Assembly: GCA_951406725.2 (NCBI GenBank) | Contig: OX597818.1 | Coordinates: 9,176,001 to 9,240,000, forward strand | Direction: 5' to 3' | Source of the DNA: Octopus vulgaris | Taxonomy: Eukaryota | Length of the DNA stretch: 64,000 nucleotides | Shown: positions 15,019 through 28,525 of the stretch, piece after piece | How positions within the stretch are numbered: the first letter of the stretch is position 1 | Layout: each line of letters starts with the position of its first letter | Notes under the pieces: model-generated | What the model was told of the DNA's origin: nothing | The model's input: only the letters and a program-made list of their open reading frames with translations | The model's database searches: none | Translations under genes and position numbers: made by a program

Positions 15019-15460
15019 GTAATTATTTTATTTCGTATATTTTTCACTTGTTTATTGCTATGGTTTTGTGTTGAGTTTGATCTGAGAACATAATCTTTTG
15101 TGGTGAATGACGATTTGACGTCTATATCTAGCATGTTGACTGTCCACTTTTCGTGTTCAGTCCTTAATTGGTATATATAAATATTTTAATCTTCGGATTC
15201 TTTTTTAATATGCTGGACCACTGGTCTTAATTGATAAATATCAATTTCTACCCTTAATTAATTTTATATAAATAAATATGTTCTCTAACCGATAAATTAA
15301 CTGCTGCTAATTATTAGCTGCAGGCTAGTTTTCTCGGGTTTCAACGCGCCAAAGTAAAGGCATTTGAAAGATATATTCAAATGTAATAGGCTGAACTCCA
15401 TGCACGCGATATTTCGGTATCGTGTTTGCATCTAGTCCAGCAAATTACATTTATAACAGA

Positions 15461-15525
15461 CCATGCTGATGATGGCTGCAGTTTTCCTTGCGGAAAATAA
15501 CAGCTGAAACTAAGTTAGTACATGG
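15461..15525 (+). ncRNA. Type I hammerhead ribozyme (C3-G8 core), copy 2
   Basis: Identical to 14954-15018, 507 nt downstream. Confidence 0.88.
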
Positions 15526-15676
15526 GTAATTATTTTATTTCGTATATTTTTCACTTGTTTATTGCTATGGTTTTGTGTTGAGTTTGATCTGAGAACATAA
15601 TCTTTTGTGGTGAATGACGATTTGACGTCTATATCTAGCATGTTGACTGTCCACTTTTCGTGTTCAGTCCTTAATT

Positions 15677-15716
<40 letters not shown>

Positions 15717-16717
15717 CATATAGTTTATATACATGTAAAAGAAGAAAAAGAAAATAGAGATTGGGGAATTAATAATTGTTTATTATTAACAGCAAATTAA
15801 TCGACGTCACTTACAGCTTTTTCAATTAATAGTCAGTAAATATTAAGCAGATATTAAATTTATATTTATACGACATGAGTAATAATATCTTCTGGGGATA
15901 AAAATATACTCTTGGATGTTTTATAGCAAACAGATTCAGTCTGCTATAATGAATCCATAAACGCGTATAAAATTGAAACAGCTGTAAGTGCAGATAATCG
16001 TTGTTGTGCTTACTATAAAAACAGTGATAGTGATGGTGACAGTAGTATTATAATGATAGAGGAGACTATAGCGATATTGTTATTGGAAAGGGCACATGTG
16101 AGGAATATGAAGGTAATAATTGTTTCTAATATAAAGACAAGGCCAACAATCTGAAGAGATGGGTTTCCTCGATTATAATCAAACCTGTATCTAACTGATA
16201 ATTCATTTATCGAATCCAGACGGATGAAATGCAAAGTTGAACACATAATGTAAAGAGCCGCAAATAATTATCATCAAAGCATTTTGTTTTGCCCTAGGCA
16301 TAGGGGTAATCAAGAAGCAATTAGTGATATTAGAAAATGGGGTTTTCTAGTGATGGTAATTTTATTGATAGTGATGTTGATGGTGCTGGTCGTTGTCCTG
16401 ATAATGGTTAGGGTAGATGCTGATCATAATTATAATTGCTAATAGTGATACCAACAACGATGGTAGTTGTGTCCCTGGTTACATAATTGCTGTATTAGTG
16501 GTGGGAGTAGATTCGTTATATTGTTATTCACGTGTGTGTATTTCCGTCCGCCTCTGATCAGATTACAGCCGTGGCCATCCCAACATTTCAGGAGTTTTAT
16601 GCTGTGTTTGATTCGTTTAGCCATCAGAGCCATCGGATAGAACGCTTTGGGGCCATTGTTTTCACGTGAAACCCTGTTGCGAGACCAAATTTGTTTTTCA
16701 TGCTTTCCATTGCGATT

Positions 16718-16943
16718 TTCTTTTATCTTTTACTTGTTTCCATCATTAGACTGTGGCCATGCTGGGGCGCCACCTTCAAGACTTTTTAGTCGATTGAATC
16801 AACCCTTTTACTATTTTGTAGGCCTGGTATTCTTTCTATCGTTCTCTTTTCCTGAATCGCTAGGGTACGGAGACGTAAACACACAAACACCGGTTGTCAA
16901 GCGGTTGTGAAACACAAACACAGATACAAAGACATGCATAAAT

Positions 16944-17018
<75 letters not shown>

Positions 17019-17170
17019 TGTGTCTGTGTGTACACGGGCGTCTTTCACGTTCCGCTTACCAAATCCACTCACAAGGCTTTGGTCGGCCCGAATTTATTGT
17101 AGAAGAAACCAGAGTGAATTCTGAACTCGGAACCATATTGGTAGGCAAACTTCCTACCACACAGCCACGC
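16718..17170 (-). mobile_element. SINE family B
   Basis: Reverse complement of the 56788-57259 type (ctaccaaatccactcacaaggctttggtcgg-like motif), with internal (TG)n. Confidence 0.8.
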
Positions 17171-17551
17171 CAGAGCCTATTAATTAAATATTGGATTAAA
17201 TTCTACATTTGTCTCTCTTTCATTATCTTTCTCTCTTTTGTGTTTCACACACACAAATATATATACTTTCTCTTTCACTCTTTTTTTCCAACCCCTTCCA
17301 CACATACAAACATAGACACATCGTCACTGGGGGATATCGGTTGTGTTTACTCTTGGAAATCGATGAACTCGCCTGGTATTAAATGCCAACCGTCACGCCT
17401 ACACCTCCAGACCTCTATTAAAATTTTAGAGACTCCACTAAAGATTATACTAACTAATAAGTCCTTTCAATTTCTTTTTGAATTTTCAATGTTGCATTCT
17501 ATGAGTCAGGTTTTGAAGTTATTTGAGACAGTTAGTGCAAAAAGTAGGGAA

Positions 17552-17800
17552 GGAGCGTGGCTTAGTGGTTAGGGTATTCGACTCACGATCGCAAGGTCTT
17601 GATTTCGATCACGGTGATGCGTTGCATCCATCAGCAAGACACTTTATTTCACGTAGCTCCAATCCACACTGCTGTCACACTGAACCTCCGAGATCTATGT
17701 TAAGAGTACCCGTGTCTGTGGAGTGCTCAACTACTTGCACGTTAATTTCACGAGATGTCTGTACCATTGATCGGATCAACTAGAACCCCTGACGAGGTGC
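17552..17800 (+). mobile_element. SINE family C (tRNA-derived head)
   Basis: A-box-like tggcttagtggttagg; body shared with 53355-53663 (agcaagacactt..tttcacgt, tctgtggagtgctca..cacgttaatttcacg). Confidence 0.75.
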
Positions 17801-18144
17801 TGTGCGAAAGACAGGCGTATTGTTCTGTGAGTTCTTGTTATTAATTCAATATTAATGGTATGGTTTAGTATTGAAAATAGAATGACGGTAAAGACGAAAG
17901 AGTTCATGGTAGATTTTATGGTTGAGGTGCTGCTGGTGAAACAGTAGTTGCGATTACGGTGGTCGTCTTAGTGCCTGTTATGACAATAGTGAAGATGGAA
18001 GTCGTATTGATGGTATAGGTAATAGTGTTGACTGTAAGATTGATGGTGCTGATGATAGTTTTAGGAGCGATGCGAAAATTTTCTGTTGTATTGATGGTGG
18101 GGAAGATAGTGATGGTGACTAAAACAACGGTTTTTTTTGTTATA

Positions 18145-18500
18145 GGTGTATGCTTCTCAACAACATGGTTCCCGGTTCTATCCTGCTGCGTGGCGTCTTG
18201 CTAAAGTGTTTTCTACTATAGCCTCGGGCCGAGTTAAATTATTTTGAGTGAATTTAGCAGGCAGAAAGAAAAAGAACCCGTCGTAATTATATGTGTGCAT
18301 GTGTGTGTGTGTGTCTTTGTCTCACACCACTGCTTAGCAACCGGTGTTGATGTGCTTTTATTCCCATTACATAGCAGTTCAGCAAAACAAACCGACATTA
18401 TACGTGCTAGAATCGATTCGCATGGCTAAAACTCCATCAACGCGTGCCCCAGAGTAGCTGCAGTCTCATTACTGAAAACAAAATTTGAAGACAAAATCTA
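18145..18500 (+). mobile_element. SINE family B (diverged)
   Basis: catggttcccggttc...ctactatagcctcgggccga matches the 56788 copy. Confidence 0.7.
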
Positions 18501-18899
18501 AAAGAAATGCGCTACTTTTTGCTATGATATTGGTGATGATGAAAACGATAATTTTGAGGAAGATATTAGCGGTAACAGTGTTTGCTAAATAAGTGATGAT
18601 GGTGGTGGTGGTGATGGTCATGGTGAAGGTTATGTTAGCTATGAAGATGATGATCCCAAAGATGTTAGTGATGATACGGTTATGACGTTAGTAGAGAGGA
18701 CGTGATGGAAGTTAACTGTCCTCTAAGGGTAAACATACAAGCAGGGAATAGGCAATTGTATTCTTGTAGGCATAAATCGTAAGAACTGATTCGAAGAAGA
18801 ATTTGTTGCTATCTCGAAAGAGGCCAAGCGATCTTGTACTTGCGTATGGCTGTGCTGACGCGACATGGTCAGGTGAAGAAGATATAATGATGGTGCAGG

Positions 18900-18980
<81 letters not shown>

Positions 18981-20461
18981 ACAGCAGCAGCAGCAGCAGC
19001 AGTATGAGTGTTGACAGCAGCACCAGTAGTGTAACTGGTGGAAGCAGTTGATGTGTTGCTGTTGTATTTGTTATGGTTTAGCACCAAATCAAGTCTGAAT
19101 CATCGACTCTTTGATCAAAACATGGTCAACGTGTGATCATAATGTATTGGTTGTAGAAATAATGTATCCAGGAGTCTATGTATTATTCCACACTTTTTAC
19201 CATTTATTCATTAAAATGTCATTCTCTTCTAAGTAGAACTGTCTGATATTTCTTGTAGGCTGAAAAGAGCTCATGGAAGTTGCTTGATTATCTTGTGAAG
19301 TTTGAGATTATAGCAATGGCGGAAACTTGTACAACAAGGTCGGAAAGAGGCTGTGAAGTGAGGGCTGACAGGTGCTTAAATAGTTTGTTTACACTATAGA
19401 CAGCAATGTCTGTGAGAATTCAAAATAATATTCTCCATTACAGTCGGTATGTTCGTCTTCTGTTTACATTTCTCACATTTCTGTCCATTGAAAAATATCA
19501 TGTTGACTTTTTGTTTAATACTACATGTTGTAACTGAATGGCATATTTGTTTATAAATGTGTGCATGTGTGTGTGTTCGTGTATGCATGTGTGCATGCGT
19601 GTGTTTATGTGTATGCCTATGACTCTGTGTCTGCTTATAGTGTGCTTCTGTATTTGTCTGTATTGGCTGGTTCTATGGAGTCAATGTGTCTCTATATCCG
19701 TAGAGTTATGTGTTGTACGTTAGTGTTTACTTGTTCGTGTATCTCAGTGAATTTCATTGTAGAGACGCACATTCATACACACACACGCACACACAAACAC
19801 ACACACACACAAACACACGCACATATAAGCATTGACTTTACTCACACATGCTTGCTTTAATGATTTACATAAAAATATATCTATACATGTGTGTATACAT
19901 ACAGATAGGCGGATATATACATATATATCTATACGTGTATACGCGTACCTGTATCTATACACATACACATTCACAAAGAGAAATAAAAAAGGCATATGTT
20001 TTACACCAACCTGTTGCACTACAAAGCAATAACAGACCACTTGGCCACCTCCCAATTCACAAATCAAACGTAAACACATACTCCGATACACACGCACACA
20101 CACACACACACACACACACGCACGTGCAAATATATTAATATTCATACACATAATCAGATTTGCCCATGTAAATACATAAACATACATGTATACAAGCATG
20201 CACGCATACATACATTAATAAAAGAAATGATACATACATATATACAGGCATACATACATATATGCAAACATACATATACACATAGATGCATACGTACGTA
20301 AATACGTACGCACGTACATCACTTCACATTGCAACATTTCTCTTTAAGTGTTGTTGACAGAAATATGTTTTTTTCTTATCCATTTCTTTTGATCTCTCGA
20401 CAACTTTGCTTTCCTGCCGAATATCAATACTATAATACATGCATATACAGATATATACTTG

Positions 20462-20510
<49 letters not shown>

Positions 20511-20585
20511 GTATATATATATACGTATATATATATATGTGTATATATATATATGTATATCGATATATATATATATGTATGTGTA

Positions 20586-20628
<43 letters not shown>

Positions 20629-21066
20629 ATATGATTACATATATGTGACTATGTATATACATCTATGTACACAAATATATATGGCTATATGTCAGAGAGT
20701 AAGTGTGTAATTTTACGTATGTGTATAGAGTGAGGGAAACTCAGATATGAGAAGAAGTAAGATATTAAGGAAAAGGAACAAAGAAAATAACAAATAATGA
20801 AAGAAGTTCAAATTCTGGCAAAAAATATAAATAAGAAGCAAGTAAAGAAGGATGGAAAGAAAGAGAAGAGAAAGTGAAAACTGAAAGAATAAACAATATA
20901 AAGACGAGTGAGTATATATATTGGAGCAGTAGATAGATGATGACTCAAGTATAGTACATGATTGGTGAGTAATGTAATAGATTTAGAGAGAGGAAATATT
21001 GAAGTGAGAAAGTCGAACTAAGATTATCGAAGATTGCTAAAAGATTGTTGGAATATTGAGTTTGAC

Positions 21067-21132
<66 letters not shown>

Positions 21133-21399
21133 TAACAAATTGAAAGATGGTGATAAAATGAAATAGCGTGGGAGAGGGAGAGATTGTACAAAATAAACTG
21201 AAGTCCTGAGAAAGAAGCAAAGAAAGAGTGAGACGAACTTAATATTTTAAAAGAAAGATAAGCAGACAATTCTCATTGGAAATTTGTTCACATCTCCGAA
21301 CTGCAAAATCTGCTGTGTAAGCCGATATTTCAAATACCAAAACCAAAAAAAAAAACAAAAAAAAACCAAGGATAAGAAAGTGAGAGTAAACTATGTAGT

Positions 21400-23700
21400 T
21401 CAATCAAATTGATAATTTTAAACTTTAGTTATGTGTCTCGCCACAGAGAATGAGGTCAGAAAGTATTCCACAACCAATATTACGAGTCGAATCTGTCCTC
21501 TTACCGATTTACCTCGACCGTAAGGTTTTTGAAATTAAGATAATCAAAGTGCACCGAGATATCAACATCAGCTGGCTGAAAGTGAAGTTTCTCCTTGCTA
21601 TAGAAGAGAAGATCAATATTACGCAGGTACAGACACTGTGAAGCAGAAATGGCTAGCTCAAGGCATGGAAACGCTCATTCAAACTCACGTTGAGAGCATG
21701 GAAAAGATACCGAACCTGATTAATCTACCACACGGCACAAAATTGCACCAAGCATTGAGGGCGGAAATCCAAGGTGTCACTTGTGAAGTAACAAAGATCA
21801 TTGAAGTATTCTTGCTCGCAGCAAAAGACCATCCCTTCAGCTAATACTATCACCATCAACACCACCGCGATCACCTCATCAACAACAACAGTAACAAATA
21901 CAGCCTTAACAACAGCACAGACAGAGCTATGCTATTGCAACAAAAGTAAAAATAGCATCCGCGAAAACAACAGTAAGAGCAGCAGTAGCAACTGCTACAC
22001 TGAAAGAAGAAACTAAAACACGAACAGTGACAACAGGACTGGAAGCGAACAAAACACAGAAAATACACCACTAATAACTTACCATGTTAGAACCAATAGT
22101 AAAAAAGATAGTGACCGAAGCCCCTAAAATAACAAGAAATATAAGAACCAAACAACTCCCAAAACCCCAAGAGTAAGACATTTCAAAAAGCTGCGAGATA
22201 CGAAACAATAGAGTATGTACCTTCAAGCAACGATGCACCAACACCCCTAATAGCAGCGACACCAGCACCAATAACACTCTCAGCATACGTCACTACATAT
22301 GTCAACACCGCTAACAGTTGCACCATTATCACAATCACAAACACATTAACATTCAGAATACTGCCCCCAATACGAACAAGAACAAGACAATGCAAATTAC
22401 ACATCCATAAATACAAACAATAAAACACAAATTGAACACATATAGGAAATTACAAACACAGCACCAGACAACTACATCACAATAAGAAATAGTAGTCCAC
22501 CGCATAGAATTTATCTAAATATCGTAAAACACATACACGTCTTTAAAAACTAAGTATCCTAAACAAGGAAAATTCAGGTCCAACATGAGCAAAAGACCAT
22601 TTGAAAATCCGTTCGTGGAAATACCCACATCTAGCATAAGGGGCAAAATTCTCGTCTCGATACAGAAAGCGCGTGTCTCTTTTCATTCGCCTTCTTCCTT
22701 GGCTAACATTACCCTTAATAGCCATTGTAAATGCACCTGACCTAGGGTGGCCTTTAAGAAGGCCACCTACACAACGACTTCAGGTCACTAGATATACATG
22801 GAGAGTGATAGGCACTACAATAGTTTTCCGAAAAGACTGGTAGATGTTTATGCTTCTACAGAGGCAGGACATGTCCCGACCATTAGTGTTACTGGGCGAC
22901 TGGAATGGCATCACGTAATGCTCACTTAGATTTTGCTTATTTAGCTGATAGGAGATAGGATTGCAAAAGCTTCACATGTCTGCTCAGACCTATCCAACCA
23001 TGTAACAGGTACCCACTGGATTTTCCGAATGTGCCAATATGTGCATGTACAAACCACATCGGATCATCCAGCTCTTATCTAGATAGAGTGTTGTGTAGGC
23101 CAGTGCATAAGAATAGCATAAGTTGTTTGCTTCTTAAATATATCGGCAGGCAGGCCCCGAATTAATGATCTGTACGGTCAAACGAGATAGGATGTGCAAG
23201 CAGGGCTCCATTTACTGGAAGCTGAACGCGTCACTCCCTGCGTGCCCAGATTGCAGAGACAAGATTAGCAAATTACTTCAGTGGGCGTTGACGGGTTCAG
23301 TCATCAACGACAAATGGTGGCTTGCCCTGAAAAAGAGTAGAGTAGAATCTATCAGGATTACTAAGGCTGTAGCAACAGAAAGGAATGGATGAGAAGGAAA
23401 AGTACTAACGTAGATGTGTTTTGGAAAGGCATGGCAATACACATGGTCGCAGTGACATTGTCCATTGAGCTGTTCTTCAACGCTATCATATGGATTGCCT
23501 TATCACAGCTAAAGTGCGTGCTCTGGGAAACGCCCGAAGTGGTGGAGGAGTAAAACGGTAACAAAGTCACAAGTAAGTCTTTGGTGAGTCAAATTAGGGG
23601 CATGTTATTCAAGTTTGATCAGATGTATAACATTTCAGCAGCACTTTATTCGACTGTATGGAACAAGTGGCGAAGTGGAACGCAGGATGGACATCAGTGC
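21400..23700 (+). mobile_element. Decayed L1/Tx1-like LINE (possible ORF1 remnant plus APE endonuclease region)
   Basis: Endonuclease motifs LVLLGDWN (~22885), SSYLDRVLC (~23070) and YWKLNASL (~23215) with many stops. Assignment of the upstream part to ORF1 is weaker. Confidence 0.6.
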
Positions 23701-23709
23701 CAACATCTG

Positions 23710-24065
23710 GTCAAGGCAGGTTATTGTTATATACAGTTTTATGCATAGTTGCCACAGTTGTCCAGAGTCTCTTTGAAAAGAGGAGTGGTGGGCAGTTGAA
23801 TGACATATTGTGGTAGCTTCTTCCACAGTGCTGCGATACAGAGACAGAGAATGCGGTCTTCCGCCAGTTGAGTTGAAAGTGTCGGGGATAGAGTTCCCGA
23901 TAATGCTCATGAAGAGCCCTATCCGGCGCAGAGGTGAAAACTCCGCAAATGTTAGGTTTACATTCCCGTTGCAGATGTTGAAAACCAGGATGAGATGTCC
24001 CGACATCCTCCGTCGTTCGAGTGAAGGTAATGCCAGCCATTGGAGGCGTTCCTCATACGTAAGCT
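23710..24065 (-). mobile_element. CR1-type LINE 3' fragment
   Basis: LTYEERLQWLALPSLERRRM..LILVFNICNG is the typical CR1 ORF2 C-terminus. Confidence 0.75.
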
Positions 24066-24460
24066 TAGACAAGTCGTTTTGCCTTGGTACAGTTGCAAGT
24101 TGTCTTTCCACCAATGTTATCCCCTTCACACTTTCTTTATGTCCCATTGGCCTCCAGATTTCTCTCCAAAATATTTTAGAGTCTTCCGCATCAGAAATCA
24201 CTTCCTCTAAAAAAGATACTTATTTGAATGAAATAATTTATTCTGTTCAAAACCATTCCGCCTAGCATCATAGCTTTTTAATTATGCCTCTAATGTCGTA
24301 ACCCTTTGTGACAATTCTACATGTAGATTACTTTCCACATTCTTCTAACCAATACTGTTCATTTAATTTTCTGATTGCTATCATATATTTGAGTTCTTTT
24401 ATTATCCTATTTAATTGATCCGTGTCTTTTCCAACTACATTCGTGTTCTCTTCTTCCTGT
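24066..24460 (-). mobile_element. Decayed R4/Dong fragment (pre-RT region)
   Basis: SDAEDSKIFWREIW resembles PPMEEVQHFWERIW of the element at 1-3140. Confidence 0.55.
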
Positions 24461-24508
24461 CATGATTATCATTATTGTTGTTGTTGTTGTTGTTAGTAGT
24501 AGTAGTAA

Positions 24509-24865
24509 GGCGGCGAGATGGCGGAATCTTTAGCACGTCAAGCGAAACTCTTAGCGGTATTTCGTCTGCCGTTACGTTCTGAGTTCAAATTCCGCCGAGA
24601 TCGATTTTGCCTTTCAGCCTTTCGGGATCGATAAATTAAGTACCAATTACGCACTGAGGTCGATGTAATCGTCTTAATTCGTTTGTCTGTCCTTGTTTGT
24701 CCCCTCTGTGTTTAGCTCCATGTGGGTAGTAAAGAAATAGGTATTTCGTCTGCCGCTACGTTTTGAGCTCAAATTCCGCCCTTCATTCTTTCGGGGTCGA
24801 TAAATTAAGGACCAGTTAAACACCCGCTCCCTCAACTTTCAGGCCGCGTACCTTTTGTAGAAAGA

Positions 24866-24866
<1 letters not shown>
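24509..24866 (+). mobile_element. SINE family A (tRNA-like head, Nin/Deu-like core), partly dimeric, (TTA)n tail
   Basis: ggcggcgag..ggcggaatc head, B-box-like gagttcaaattcc and core ttgcctttca.cctttcggg.tcgataaattaagtacca. Confidence 0.85.
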
Positions 24867-24963
<97 letters not shown>

Positions 24964-24965
24964 CA

Positions 24966-25052
<87 letters not shown>

Positions 25053-25053
<1 letters not shown>

Positions 25054-25310
25054 ATAGTTTTATTTTTATAACTTGCTTTCACTACACTACCGAGTGCCAC
25101 TCTGTGTGCCTTCGTTATGTGCTGAGGTTTGGTTTGATGCTCTTATGGTTACTGTATTGAAAGTGTTTTGTGTAGAATGTGTGCAGTGCCAAGTAGTGCA
25201 ATTTATCGTGTGTTATATATATTTGTAAGTCCTCGTGTTTTTGTTATGTATTTGTCTGAATATTTTTTTATCAAACCTAATGCGCCTACTATGATAGGAA
25301 TTGTTTCTCC
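25053..25310 (-). mobile_element. R4/Dong 3' end fragment, second family
   Basis: Minus strand reads ETIPIIVGALGLIKK...ALLGTAHILHKTLSIQ*, homologous to the C-terminus at ~2800-2960. Its 3' UTR abuts the TAA/TTA array. Confidence 0.8.
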
Positions 25311-25564
25311 ATTTCTTTTAGAGAAACGTTGTCATCTCCTGGTATTGATACATCTATTAGAAAGCATTTTTTTCTTCCTTATTATGATTATTATTATTAT
25401 TAATATTATTATCTTTGCAAAGCAAGAAAGCTTTGCAGAAGTAACTATTAATATAGTTCTTGCCTTTGTTTTTTGTATCAACCGTCTCTATATTCTACAA
25501 GACAAGCATCTTTTTTAAGTTCATCATGTATTATTTCTTTCTTTCTTCTTATCTTTCTTTCATC

Positions 25565-25612
<48 letters not shown>

Positions 25613-26074
25613 TTTTCGTAATTTCATACTGGTGGCAAACTGCTAACGTCATATTTGTTAACGTATGCATTGTTCGTTTTAAAATGTCAGTCAAAGACAG
25701 TGTGGTTAATTGTTTATTTTGAATATCCTCATAATCTGCAATTGTAGTATTCTGCTTTATTATACAATTTTAGCGATTTCGGATGGAGAGTGTTTTGCCC
25801 TGTGCCTCCGTGTGTACCCCTTCAGTGTTTGCTTTGAGTTCCGATTTTCTCATCCAGCCTTGGCATGCTTTATTTACTTATCAAATAATTTATTTATTTA
25901 TTTATTTCATTAGTTAGTTATTCTAATGCTAGTTAGTTCAACATTCTCTACCATCGATTATCACAGAATTTGTAGTTCTCATTGTACTTCAAATTTCAGC
26001 TGATTCACGACGTCTGTTGTTCGTTCTCCTTTACTACTACTACTACTACTACTACTTATAAATATTATTTTCCC

Positions 26075-26546
26075 TTTCTACTTTAAGCACCAGCTCCAAA
26101 ATTTTGGGGGAAGGGCCAGTCAATTAGATCGACTACAATATGCAACAGGTACTTAATTTATCGATCCCGAAAGGATGAAAGGCAAAGTCGACCTCGGTGG
26201 AATTTGAAATCAGAACGTAAAGACATAGGAAATACTGCTCGGCGTGCTACCGTATCTGCCAGCTTGTCGCCTTTTTTTCTTTTCTTAATAAAAATAATCA
26301 TTTATATTTCTTTCTTTATTGCCCACGGGTGGGGGTGGGGGTAAACGTAGGGGGACAAACAAGGACTGACAAAGGGATTAAGTCGATTATATCGACCCCA
26401 ATGCGTAACTGGTAGTTATTTAATCGATACCGAAAGGATGAATGGCAAAGTTGGCCTCGGCGAAATTTGAACTCACAACGTAAAGACAAACGAAATACGG
26501 CTACGCATTTCGCCCCGCTTGCTAACGATTCTGCCTGCTCGCTGCC
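26075..26546 (-). mobile_element. Two adjacent SINE family A copies
   Basis: cgaaaggatgaa.ggcaaagt.g.cctcgg..aatttgaa occurs twice. Confidence 0.8.
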
Positions 26547-26553
26547 CTATAAA

Positions 26554-26651
<98 letters not shown>

Positions 26652-26652
26652 A

Positions 26653-26686
<34 letters not shown>

Positions 26687-27293
26687 TTCAATCATTATTA
26701 AGGACATTTTTTGTCAGAATCAATAACGAGTTGGACAAAACACCCTGCGTTATTCAGTGACGTCCCTTTATCTTCTGAATTCATATCCCTCCAGGCTCTG
26801 CTTTCCTTTTCATCTTCCAAATACTGGTTTGGACTTAATTTACTGTTATCTGGCAGGAAATGCGTGGCCTCGTGCCAAACTCTGAAATCAATTACAACTC
26901 TTTTCAGAGCTAAAATATTTTCTGAGCCTAAAACGAACCCCGTCGTTGGGATGCAGGTTTGGAAGATGAACAGATTGTAAGACAGATTTTTACCGAGTTA
27001 TGGTTTTAGGCGAGTTTTTCGTGAATGTGATACAAGAGAATCCACAGGCTGTGACGTCAGTGACGTGGTTGCGACTAAGGGACAAGGAGTGAGAGAGAGA
27101 GGTGGGGAGAGATACAGTGAGAGCGAGAGAGAGTTAAATAGAGGAATATAAAATTAGAGCAATAGTGAGACTGGTGGAAAAAGAATACAGAGTGAGATAA
27201 TATTGGTGAAAAATAGGAAAACGTTGAGCCAGACTGGCATATTAAACAAAAGTGGGAAATAGACAGAGCCAGAGACAAATAGACAGTAAGCAA

Positions 27294-27465
<172 letters not shown>

Positions 27466-27896
27466 GGAGGAACGGAGAAAGAGAGATAGCATATCTCAGA
27501 GACAATGAAGGATGCCGATATTAAGAATGACACAATACGTGATGAACTAAATAAAGATACGGTTTGTCTGACAAAATATACAAACGCTAAATAGAAAATA
27601 ATGGGAATGAAGAAAACAAAAACTTAAGACCATTGAAGATAGTGGTACAGAGAGGGATAGAGACTGAGAGAAAGGATGACAGAGAGATTGACTGGCTAAC
27701 AATGACTAACGGAGAAAACTTGGAACAGACGCACAAAGAATTCTACACACACACACACACATACACACATACACACACACACACGCACATACATACATGC
27801 GTATGCGCGCTTGCGTGCGTTATATGGATATATATATATACATATATATATTTATAGATAGATATGCATATATGTATATTCATATATATGTGTATA

Positions 27897-27977
<81 letters not shown>

Positions 27978-28040
27978 TTATTTATAGATAGATATGTATA
28001 TATGTATATTCGTATATATGTGTATATATATGTATATGTA

Positions 28041-28120
<80 letters not shown>

Positions 28121-28486
28121 ATACAGACATACAAACACAAATATGTTGCGCACGTATCTATGTACAGAAATATGCATGTAAACATCATGATACACACACA
28201 CACACACGCGCACACTAACTCATACACACATATATACATGCGTATAAGTGTGTATATGCATATATATATATATACGTATGTATGTATATATGTATATATG
28301 CGCCAACACATATACATATATTCAGATACACACGTCCATAAGTACACCCGCGCATGTATACAAATATACATATAGCCAGGAAATGACGTCAGAGACTGAT
28401 ATAGAGGAATGCATCCAGAAACAATGTGAGACATACAGTAAGATCAACAGAGATATAGTCAGTGAAAGAGACTGAAGGACAAAGAA

Positions 28487-28525
<39 letters not shown>

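Larger units (their letters stand above)
14487..15680 (+). mobile_element. Non-coding Penelope-type/retrozyme-like element: inverted partial copy plus two tandem units of 507-bp period, inserted in (TA)n
   Basis: 14487-14770 is the reverse complement of ~14992-15272. The unit starting atgttctctaaccg occurs at 14771 and 15278 (second copy 3'-truncated). Each unit carries a hammerhead. Confidence 0.85.

Noticed and set aside
17788-17820. CTGACGA...GAAA motif
   Set aside because: Stem II is weak, there is no stem III or cleavage triplet, and it overlaps a SINE end.
23810-24265. 151-aa plus-strand ORF
   Set aside because: Antisense to the CR1 and Dong fragments.
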